Positions 53,361-64,000 of a DNA stretch of 64,000 nucleotides are shown one piece after another (position 1 is the first letter of the stretch; each line of letters starts with the position of its first letter). This DNA comes from Octopus vulgaris. Taxonomy: Eukaryota. Position numbers and translations under genes: made by a program. The notes beneath the pieces were generated by a model. That model had not been told where the DNA came from. It saw only the letters and a program-made list of their open reading frames with translations, and made no database searches. The stretch is from assembly GCA_951406725.2 (NCBI GenBank), contig OX597822.1, forward strand, positions 54,002,001 to 54,066,000, read 5' to 3'.

Positions 53361-54089
53361 GATTCTGTGTATTCTTCACTTCACAATACATAGTAGAGGA
53401 AATTTAAATATATAGCATACTATAATATAATATAAACAGATATTTATGAAAGATGTAATCTTATTAATTTTAAAATCACAGTCAATATATTCACATATCA
53501 TACAGTTAATATAGAGTTATTACATTATTATTCTGTATACACATATGTACATGCGTGTGGGCAACAAATACATGCACATGCATATATATACGCACAAATA
53601 TACACCAATACCTATATGAAATTTTTTTTTCCTTTTCATCATAACGAAAGTAGACATACATATTACAACACCATATTTATAATATTATTTCCCAGAATAT
53701 TACGTAATAAAAGTTCATATACTAAGAGATAAGAGATAAGCTACATGAGTCTTGCTATTCGTTATTTATTAATATTTTAGTGGTTCAAATCTATCGGGGA
53801 CTGGGGAGCGATTATTTTTAATCATAAGCTAAATCTAATTGGTTAACAAATTTGAATTTCTTTGTCCCCAGTTACGGTTGGTTGATTGAAAACCGAATGA
53901 GTAAAACTAATTGTAAATAGATCATGAATAATTGAAAATGTTAATAATATTTATATATACATATCTTAACGTACATATCAATACATACATACATACATAC
54001 ATACATACATACATACATACATACATACATACATACATACATACATACATACACACATACATACATATATATGTATGTATTGATATAGA

Positions 54090-55286
54090 GTGACCCGAGA
54101 ATATTACACCAGACTTAGGAAAATATGGCAGTCGGAACTCCTCTTACAACAAAACAATATCTCACAATGCATTTGCAGTACCAGTGCTGATCCCAACATT
54201 TGGGATACTTGATTGGTCAGTAGAGGAAATCCACTCCATAGATATCAAAACCCACAAAATCCTGACATCAACTGGGAACTTTCACAGAAACAGTGATGTT
54301 GATAGGCTCTACCTAAGAAGAAATGGTGGTAGAGGTCTGAGATCAATGCAGACGGCCTTCGAATGCCGTATGGTATCACCTAGGCAGCACCTGATGAACG
54401 ACACCAGCAAAAATAAATATACAGATGCTAAAAAGTGAGTTTGCAGTGGGATTCTCATGAAGCACTCTCTTCCTGATGATCTCCTATACAGCCCCAAAAC
54501 AGCTAGGCTCTCTTACCTCAGAGAAGACCCGGATCGAAAGCACGCATTATACAAAAGAAGAAAAAGACTATGCATGGGTATGTTGCCCAGAAATTTGAAG
54601 AAGACTGTAGAATTGACACAAAGCGCAGCTTCTCTTGGACACAAAATCGCTACATCACATCACACTTGGAAGGCTATGCGTTTGCAATCCAGGATCAGGA
54701 GATTGCCACAAAGTACCTGGTGAACGAGAGAGATAGTGACACTCTTGTAATCCCAAGGTACAACTACGTCTGTAGTCTATGTCATGTTTCTGTGGAAGAC
54801 ATCACGCATGTGATTAGCAGCTGTCCTAAAATGTTGTCACGGTACTACCTCCCTATGCGGCATGATGTTGTCGGTAAAACAGTTTACAATGCCATTCACA
54901 AAAAAGACTGTCCTGAAATAAACTCAGAAAATCACTCTGTTATGGAATACATTCGTAATTACCAACTCAAGGAATACTGGTGGAATATTCCCATCAAAAC
55001 TTCTGTTAAATCTAAACATAACAGGCCTGATATTGTTGTTTGGGACAGAGGGGCAAAGGTCATAAAGGTCAGCTGCCCTGCAGATTCAAACAGCTCTTTG
55101 AAAATCAAAGCAAAAGGGGATATCTATGGACAACTGTTTCGAAATCTCCAGCTTCTATATCCAGGCTATGAATTCATATTCATACCAATAATAAGTGGAT
55201 CACTAGGTTTTGTTATTACGGAGATGTACTCGCATAGCAAGTAATTTGATCTGAGCAATCGCTAGTGCTGAAAACGCAGACACACA

Positions 55287-55367
<81 letters not shown>

Positions 55368-55754
55368 GACAGGCTTCTTTCAGTTTCCGTCTACCAAATC
55401 CACTCACAAGGCTTTGGTCGGCTGAGGCTATAGTAGAAGACACTTGCCCAAGGTGCCAGCAGTGGGACTGAACCCGGAACCATGTGGTTGGTAAACAAAT
55501 TACTTACCACACAGTTGACTCCTGCGCCTATATCTATGGACAATTGTTTCGAAATCTCCAGTTTCTATATCCAGGCTATGAATTCACCTTCCACGCTGCA
55601 ATTGTTAGGTTTTGTTAGTAAATGCTTAAAGAAGAATTTGGATTATCTGGAATTTTCAGAAAGCGAAATCGACTGGCTAAGACGTACATTACAAGTGCAA
55701 TCTGTGAGTGGAACAGTAGAAATATGCGAAACTTTTCTCAAGTTCCAAATATGA
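54090..55754 (+). pseudogene. RLE-class (R4/Dong-like) non-LTR remnant interrupted by a SINE
   Basis: SDVDRLYLRRNGGRGL; SHLEGYAFAIQDQEI; CSLCHVSVEDITHVISSC; RHDVV; NRPDIVVWD; preceded by (TACA)n. Confidence 0.88.
55280..55530 (-). mobile_element. SINE family C (head half plus microsatellite)
   Basis: Matches 10820-10982. Confidence 0.85.
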
Positions 55755-55839
55755 ATTTGTCTGCGTTATCTACATCCCAAAGATGGAGTCTTGTATCTTT
55801 GTAGGAAACTGACTCCCTCCTCAGTGGAAGATTTATAAT

Positions 55840-56355
55840 AATTAAAAAATAAAAGAGACATACATCCACACTGTATAATGAGATCCATCGGAAGGAAAAC
55901 CCCGAAGTCAAAGAAATAAGAACTAACAGTATGGTAGAAACCATAGCCACTCATAATAAAAAGGAGTACTGGTAGAATATCCCAGTGAAAACCTCAATAA
56001 AATCTAAACATAATAGACCTGACATAGTAATTTGGGATAGAGAAGAGAAACGGTGTACAGTTGTGGAAATCAGCTGCCCAGCGGATGCTAACATAAAGCT
56101 AAATATCAGCAAAAAATAAAATGCCTACGCTGAACTATTGAGGAAGCTACAGCTGTTCTATCCAGATTACAAGTTCAGATTTATACCTGTAATCATTGAG
56201 GAACTGGGATATGTGTCACACTGCCTAAATACCAATCTTGAGAAATTAGGCTTCTCAAAACGAGAAAGGAGAAAGTTGATTCGATGACTGCCGATCCAAC
56301 CTCTCACTGGAACTGTAAAAATCTGTAAAACTTTCCAGAAGTTTATTATTTAAGT
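55840..56355 (+). pseudogene. Second RLE-class 3' remnant followed by (TACA)n
   Basis: KEYW*NIPVKTSIKSKHNRPDIVIWDREEKRCTVVEISCPAD..; (TACA)n at 56430-56630. Confidence 0.8.
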
Positions 56356-56689
56356 ATATATGAACATGTCTAGACATGTAAATATATGCATGAGAATACA
56401 TACATGAAACAAAACATACAAATGTGCACATACATACATGCATACATACATACATACATACATACATACATACATACATACATACATACATACATACATA
56501 CATACATACATACATACATAAATACATACATACATACGTACGTACGTACATACATACATACATACAAACATACATACATACATACATACATACATACATA
56601 CATACATACATACATACATACATACACACTGTAAATTTTACAAAAAAAATCACAGAGGACTTGCCGCAGGATGTAGAGAGTTGAATTCA

Positions 56690-56944
56690 TAGTTTACAGA
56701 ATCATTTGGGGGACATAACTTTCGCAAGCCAGGAGGAGGTGGAAACTGACATTTCAGAGTTCTTCGCTTTGAAACCAGAAGAGTTTTACATTGATGGGAT
56801 TAAAAAGCTTGTAAATGGACGGAAGGAAATCATAGATAATTAGGGAAGGGAAAGTACATTGATGATTAAATTTCAATTAAATATAACATTTGATCACTTG
56901 TTTACTTTATCCAAAATTCAGACAGAACCTATGGGATGACCTGA

Positions 56945-56945
<1 letters not shown>
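56690..56945 (+). mobile_element. Mariner 3' end with TIR
   Basis: LQNHLGDITFASQEEVETDISEFF..FYIDGIKKL; TIR-like ..ATGGGATGACCTGA|TA. Confidence 0.7.
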
Positions 56946-57031
<86 letters not shown>

Positions 57032-57625
57032 ACACACATATACATACACATGTGTGCGTGTGTGTATTTGTGTGTACGCATACAATTAATATGGATTCAA
57101 TATATTCATATATTTTATTGATGTGTGTGTGTATGTGTGTGCGTGTAATTTCGTGACTGACAAGTATCACAGAGAAATACAGAGTGCAACAAAAATTCCT
57201 CCCAGATATATTCTTATTGATAAACATTTTAGCAGCAAACATGCGGTGTGTCCCGGCCCAAACCATGATGATAACTGAAAATAAATAAATAAAATACTTG
57301 CTACATGAAATGACCATTACTACCTGCCTAACGTTACTGGCGCCACACTAAATAGTGTTGTAAAATGTCGATGGTTTTACTGTTGCACCATGTACCAGTA
57401 CACTAATGTCTAAAATCGCGGAAGACTATCAAATATTGATTTTCTGTCACCACTGAGAAGTAAGTACGACTTTGGCCAAGGCTGAGGCTTCTAGCATGCT
57501 ATATTATATATATACATACAAACACACGCGCGCGCACATTAGCTTTTATGTTATAATAAAAACAATTTTTCATTAAATTGGTAGAGTACGAATTTATTAT
57601 TCTTTAATAAGAATAGTATTGATAG

Positions 57626-57705
57626 TGACTTCGAAGGTTCAGACAGATAAGCCATCATTGCACAGTCTAGTGAGGGCATAGCTGGCCGAAACTTGGAAGT
57701 CACTG
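57626..57705 (+). ncRNA. Degenerate hammerhead with decayed inverted copy
   Basis: CAGT CTAGTGA GGGC ATAGCTG GCC GAAA CTT GG AAG TC|ACTG (57663-57705); core mutated; mirror at 57626-57660. Confidence 0.5.
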
Positions 57706-57789
57706 AACATTATATATATGTATATAATTATATATATAATTATATATATAATTATATATATATATATATTTCTCGCCCCTCCTTATTTA

Positions 57790-58172
57790 TTGTCTCCCTG
57801 CCTCTACCTCTCTTTCTCTTCTCCCTCCACGTGACCGGTGTTCGGCCAAGCCTGACCTTTCTTTCTTGGTTCGACTGTTGTCCGTGCAACATCTATATAC
57901 ATCCCTGTGCCTGTAAAATCTTGTATCCCTGCCGTAAGGCTTTACTTCCACACACGCGAGCTTAATTTAATTCGTCCTTAGTCGAAAGACACCTGTTGTT
58001 ATGTCCTGTTATTTGTATTTGTTTTAACTTTCTCTGTTTTTTCTTCTGTCCTTGCTTTCGTATACATTCGCTGCTTTCTTCCAAGGAATTTAGTGCTCTT
58101 AGCTTAGTTTTGCCTTGGGGCTGGCCAGGTTGGAGCAGTCTGGAGTATAACCAGCCGAAATTGCAAAGATAG
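57790..58172 (+). repeat. Unclassified interspersed repeat (family of 38630-38980 and 17733-18400)
   Basis: Direct sequence similarity between the three copies. Confidence 0.75.
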
Positions 58173-58949
58173 TAGCATGCATCAAGTGCTACTAAGCATC
58201 AATGATCACTAAGTATTAGTAATCCCACTGTAATTCTTCCGATGGGTAACTCCAGGTTCGCTTCCCTGGATTATTAAAGTAAATTTCAAACAATTATAAA
58301 GATTACGTTGTTATGACTGATAAATCTTTATACTGCATACTAGCAGAGATGGGTATATAATGCTGTACACTTCGATTAATACATCCACTCTACTGACAGA
58401 TATACGAGTGCATTTTTACTAACTTCTGGACTCTTAGACGGCTCACACACGCACACACAAATGTGTGAGTGTGTATGTGCGTGCGAGCGCTCGCTTGTAT
58501 GTGAATAACTTTTTTGCATCCTATATACAGTATCTCAAGTGCTATAAGGTCAAACACGTTATGAGGAAAAAGTTAAAGAAACAACAAAAAAACAACAACA
58601 AAAATTCCCATTATTATTACGATATAACGGTTGATATCACTAAAGCATAGCTGTTCCTTTGCTCTTTACTGGATCATTCATGCAAAAGCAATATCAAATT
58701 CCCTTGATTCTTGACACGAAATTTACTATTTGAAATCAGTCGTACATCACTGGAAATATTTGCTATCTTTGTCAACGAGGCAAGTGTCAGAGTAATTAAA
58801 AACAAAAAAACAACACAAACAAAAACGTACGAATTAGCATGATCAAATGGCAGTATAAAGTTGTTCTTTAAGCAGCATTCAAAAAATAATTGAACACATA
58901 CAGATTCATAGGAATTACCTCTACAAGCAAGGCACATCGAGACTAACGT

Positions 58950-59545
58950 CAAGCGAGCTGGCAGAAACGTTAGAATGCCGGGCAAGACGCGTAGCGGTAT
59001 TTCGTCTGCCCTTACGTTCTGAGTTCAAATTCCGCCGAGGTCGACTTTGCCTGTCATCCTTTCGGGGTCGTTAAATTAAGTACCAGTTACGCACTGGGGC
59101 CGATGTAATCGACTTAATACCTATGTCTGTCCTTGTTTGTCTCCTCTGTGTTTAGTCCCTTGTGAGTAATAAAGAAATAGGTATTTCGTCTGTCCTTACG
59201 TTCTGAGTTCAAATTCCGCCGAGGTCGACTTTGCCTGTCATCCTTTCGGGGTCGTTAAATTAAGTACCAGTTACGCACTGGGGCCGATGTAATCGACTTA
59301 CTCCCTTTGTCTTTTCTTGTTTGTCTCCTCTATGTTTAGCTCCTTGTGGGCAATAAAGAAATAAGAAACGTTAGCACACTGGACGGTATTTCGTCTGTCT
59401 TTGCGTTCTGAGTTCAAATTCCGCCGACTTTGCCTTTCATTTTTTCGGGGTCGATAAAAGAAGTACCAGTTGCATACTGGAGTCGATCTAATCGACTGGT
59501 CCCCTCCCCCAAAATTTCGGGCTTTGTGCCTGAGTAGGAAAGAAT
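58950..59545 (+). mobile_element. SINE family A with three tandem body units
   Basis: Head GCGAGCTGGCAGAAACG, then GGTATTTCGTCTG..GAGTTCAAATTCCGCC.. three times. Confidence 0.88.
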
Positions 59546-59905
59546 CTGGATGTGTATGTGTGTGTGTGTATGTGTATGGGTGTAGGATAGGTAATGGACA
59601 AACGCTTGTGTGCGGTTTAGCTTGCAGTGCTTTGTTATCTGAGATCGAAGTAGCGTTTGTCTTGTGTTTGTCAGAGAAGCATTTTCTGACAAGATAATAT
59701 TCAGTTATCATCCTTTTTGGTATTGAAGTCTCTAACTTGGTGGTTCACAAACATTGTAAGGTTAGTGCGTCTTGATAAAAGTGTTCATTATTTTGATGTA
59801 CACAAGATACAGGCATAGCTGTATGGATAGGCGCAGGCACTTAGAAAAAGAACGTTTCAGCGATCGAAATCGAATTCACAGTTTTATTAATTATCAAACA
59901 AATTT

Positions 59906-60074
59906 CCGGCGTTGCTCAGGTTTGTAAGGGAAATAACTATAAAGTATTTTTAGAGAGTTATAGCCAAAAAATAGCAAAAAAATTGTCGAATTTAAGCCGT
60001 GGTCAGGGTGAGGGTACAAGCAAACAGACACACAGAAACACGCACAGACAAACACCCGTTTATATAGAGAGAGA
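59906..60074 (-). mobile_element. Short Helitron-derived fragment
   Basis: 5' end matches 4690-4768; 3' hairpin CCTGAGCAACGCCGG matches 1208-1223; CTAG end absent. Confidence 0.7.
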
Positions 60075-60614
60075 TCAAACAAATTTCCGACCTTTTGTTT
60101 TCTCTCCTCTGGACATAGAAATTTATGCGAATGAGTTAACCTCTAAGACCTTTTCCGGTCATGAAATGGCAATTCTGGACAAGCTTTTGTTTTAGCTTGA
60201 CCGACTTTAATTAGCAACAATATAAATGCGCGAGCCAAATAGCTTCCAGCCTTTTTGGTCGCTGCCTCTGATCAATGAGCACCCCGGTACAGAATGAAGT
60301 GAGGGACATCACTTTCTATACTCACTGTTTGACTATACAAATCTCATCATTTCCTTCTCTCTAGCAGCACAGAGATGTAGCTAGCCCCTACACAGAATGA
60401 GCTATCGATCTATAGAATATATTTTACAGCAACAAACAACGACGCGACGGCGTCCTTTTTTTGTGATATTGTAACGACATCATTATTCATATTAAATAAA
60501 TGGCAATCGTCATAAATAATTGTTTTTCATTCATTCCTTTCTCCAATGTATCTTCACATTCAAACATAATCGATACAGTGCGCTTTCTTTAATCTTTTTT
60601 TATTTTTTTTCATT

Positions 60615-61022
60615 CTCTTTATTTGTTTCAGTAATTTGACTGTGGCCCTGCTGGAGCACCGCCTTTTGTCGAGCAAACCGACCCCAGGACTTATTCTTTG
60701 TAAGCCTAGTACTTATTCTATCGGTCTCTCTTGCCGAACCGCCAGGTTACGGGGACGTAAACTTACCACCATCGGTTGTCAAGCGATGTTGGGTGGGGGG
60801 GCAAATACAGACACACAAGCATACGCGCGCGCGCACACACACACACACACACGCACACACACACACACACACATATACGACGGGCTTCATTCAGTTGCCC
60901 GTCTACCAAATCCACTCACAAGGCTATAGTAGAGGACACTTGCCCAAGGTGCCACGCAGTGGGACTGAAACCAGAATTATGTGGCTGGTAAGCAAGCTAC
61001 TTACCACACAGCCACTCCTGCG
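60615..61022 (-). mobile_element. SINE family C
   Basis: Matches 10582-10982. Confidence 0.85.
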
Positions 61023-61049
61023 TCTTTGTTTTAATAATAATCATACTTA

Positions 61050-61328
61050 TCTTTCATCTTTTACTTGCTTTAGTCATTGGACTGCTGCCAAGCTGGGGCA
61101 CCGCCTTGAAGGGTTTAGTCGAACAAATCGATCTTAGGACTTATTTTCAAGTCGGGTGCTTATTCTATTGGTCTTTTTTGCTGAACCGCTATGTCATAAA
61201 GATGTAAGCAAGTCAACACTAGTTGCCAAGTGGTATCTTGGGCATGTATTTTCTACTATAAGTTCGGGCTGACAAACGCTTTGTGAGTGAATTTGGCAGA
61301 CGGAAACTGTGTGGAAGCTTGTCATATA

Positions 61329-61378
<50 letters not shown>

Positions 61379-61620
61379 TGTGTGTGTGTGTGTGTGTGTC
61401 TGTGTGTGTGAAGGTGCGTCTTCGTTTTGTGCTTATCCTACTTGACAACCGGTTTTGATTTGTTTACATCTTCGTAACATAACTGTTCGGCAAAGGAGAC
61501 CAAGGAGAATAAGTACTAGATTTAAAGATAAGTACTGGTGTCGATTTAGTCGATTAAACTTGTCAAGGCAGTGCTCCAGCATGGCCGCAGTCCATGGCCA
61601 AAAGCGTAAAAGATAAAAGA
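61050..61620. mobile_element. Head-to-head pair of decayed SINE family C fragments
   Basis: 61050-61232 is a minus-strand tail; 61233-61620 is a plus-strand core, (GT)n and tail. Confidence 0.7.
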
Positions 61621-62436
61621 CAAGTATGAGAAACGATAGTGTTCTATGGAGCTTTTTCTAAACGTTTTACCTTAAAATAGTTTTTTCTCTCTCCTAAAAT
61701 CCTGTTACGAAATACAGCAATGTTTTTTTTTTATAAATCCCACTCTGTCTTTTTCTTGACTTCAAGTCCATACCACTCATATTCAACTGTTTGTTTCTTA
61801 TCCAATTTTTGAATCTCATTGTCATCCATTTTATTCTGTATCCTCTTCTTGTTAAAAATTTAGCTTAATATCAGTTTTTTTTTTGTTAAAAGAAGATAAT
61901 GACTTTAATGTAGAAGATTCTTCGTTGCAATCAAATTTCTTTATTTATTCCTACTCTGTATAATTCAGACCGTCTCATGATCCCAGTTGACAAAACGGAA
62001 AAGGCGTTGCCCCGGAGGATAGCGAAGAATTGGTCTCTTGTACACCACGAAGTCCCCCCGCCAAAAAAAAAAAAAAAAGAAAAAAAGATTAACGAACATC
62101 TAATTTAATCTGTGGATATCAGACTATGCTTGAGAAATGAAGTCCAATTTCACTCCTAATATAGTATTATATAAAAGCATTTTATTAGTCGAAATTATGC
62201 CTTTTCTACTTACATTTCTCTAGTAGCATATTGGTTTTGTTCTTGCTCTTTATAACTACAAAGATATCTTTCCTAAAAAAACAATATTTCTTTAATATCC
62301 TGTAAAAGTTTTTATAATTCTTGTAGAAAATACTCAACTCTTTAGAAATAGGTTACTAATATTTCTCTAAACGTCTCTACGCCAATATACCTAATCAAAT
62401 GGAAGTATCATTTTTAGAATGTTTGTAAGGTACATC

Positions 62437-62785
62437 TACGTATGTATGTATGATTCTTTTTTACTTTCATTTTTCTTCTTGAGAGAGTTCAAGCCAGTCG
62501 CTAACAAAGCGACAAATCTTTTTGAGTTAAGAGGTTTCCAGGTATTTGTAAATATGCGGTTGATTTGGTCTGTTGGTTGACCCCACAAATCTTCGCTGTG
62601 CTACTAATAAATTGGATTTGGAGGATCTGCGTCACTTTCTTTCGCTCTTTCTTCGCGAAACTGAGTATTTCTAGGCTTTTGTACAAATTTGTTGGTACAT
62701 AACCTAATGCACCGATGATGATAGGTGCAAATGAGAATTCATAGTCAGGGTACAAGAACTGTAAGTTCCGCTTTAATTCGTCATA
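62437..62785 (-). pseudogene. RLE-class non-LTR extreme 3' remnant
   Basis: LQFLYPDYEFSFAPIIIGALGYVP..LQIQ..TAKIC; short (TACA)n downstream on minus. Confidence 0.7.
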
Positions 62786-62789
62786 AATG

Positions 62790-63275
62790 TTTTGTTATAT
62801 ACACACATATTTACATATATTTACATATTTATATGTGTACACACACATACGTATATACATACATACATGAATGTATACATACCTACACATTAACCAACCA
62901 CATCACCACTATACTTCGTCACTACTCTTCCACTACACACACACATGCTTCAAAAAACATATAAACACCTACCTCTTATTAGAATATCATGGAAGCACAC
63001 CTATACGTACTCCATTTCTCTCTTTTTAATTCGCTCCACAAAACTGCATTCCCACCTGGCTCCCAACCACCTCACCCATATTTTACCTCACTAGCCACAT
63101 TTTCTTCTTCACTCTCCTTTTTGTAGTTTTTCTCTATTTTCTTTTGGTGAAAGGACTAGCGACCGAAACGTCGAAGCTGTTTCCCTGCCTTATAAGCTTT
63201 GAGTAGTACATTTATTAAAACTTGTCCCTCCTGTGTTGTCTTCTTTCATTATGTGTCCATTGCTTTCATTATATA
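62790..63275 (+). mobile_element. Old PLE 3' tail with degenerate minimal hammerhead (63141-63176)
   Basis: C/A-rich tract then CTT TTGGTGA AAGGACTAGCGACC GAAA CG TC GAAG; same architecture as 11540-12270. Confidence 0.45.
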
Positions 63276-64000
63276 CATATGAAGCGAATCGCTGCCCAGT
63301 TTCTTAGCCAGGATTCGAGTTAAAAAACAAACTCCGTCGGGTAATCTATACAATATCTTTCAAAGTGTTTACAGGACTCCGTATAGTTTCAGCTTCGGTA
63401 TACACAAGAGTTATTACTTCACCTGTAATAAGTCTTATCGTTCATTGTGTTCACCAGTTTATTGGATCAAGGACAGAGCAGTAACTATCAATCATATATT
63501 TGTTACATAAGCGAAACTCAAAGCTGTTTTCATTGTCTTTCTTTATTCAAACTGATTACTGTTTGAGCAAGCGATCGGTGGCGTTCGCCGCTGTCTACTC
63601 ATGTTTCTCAACTGACCTTAATACAATATATGTTTGAGTTGAACAAGATACCTTCACATCACTGACTACGAACACTGATATCGTTTCTTTTATCATAGTG
63701 ACATTTCATGTTCACACGACGCGTGTAAGTCTGAAAGGATAATATAAATTACAGCGCTCACTTTCTTAATTCATATGCACAGCATTTCAACAATAGGCGT
63801 TGTTATTATTTGCTGAAAACTCTCAGCTTACTTTGTTGGGTATGGTGGAAAGTGTCAGCTGTCCACAGCTAGTAGACTAAGATGACACTTGTTTACTGGT
63901 CATGCTTCAAAAACTCCACGAAATGAATTTTATAGCCATCGAAAATGGGTGCAAAGACTCATGCCTCATAAATTTTGGTCTCGCTGATGGCCACCATATC

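Noticed and set aside
52423-53391. 322-aa ORF with a long hydrophobic N-terminus
   Set aside because: The poly-L/I part is the (ATT)/(AAT) microsatellite fused by chance to a truncated Dong ORF.

Overview
This is AT-rich, microsatellite-saturated eukaryotic DNA. The tRNA-headed SINE families and overall repeat make-up suggest an octopus (coleoid cephalopod) genome, but that is an inference. Almost the whole window is transposon debris: Penelope-like elements (PLE) of the Naiad type (RT and GIY-YIG remnants), R4/Dong-type RLE retrotransposons, Tx1 and RTE LINE 3' ends, Tc1/mariner, maT and pogo elements, a hAT MITE, non-autonomous Helitrons and several SINE families. Only one convincing host coding exon was found (47087-47234, minus strand): a signal peptide followed by a Tyr/Arg/Pro-rich peptide, with a TATA/Inr promoter and a GTAAGT donor. 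The main signal missing from the ORF track is a dense population of type-I hammerhead ribozyme (HHR) motifs. About 13 have an intact CUGANGA...GAAA...NUH core and about 10 are variant or degenerate, from many unrelated sequence families. Nearly all have a short palindromic stem III. They sit mostly in short PLE-tail elements inserted in (TA)n and often folded back as inverted repeats. Most ORFs in the supplied track are microsatellite artefacts. All structures were read by eye; nothing was folded or searched computationally.
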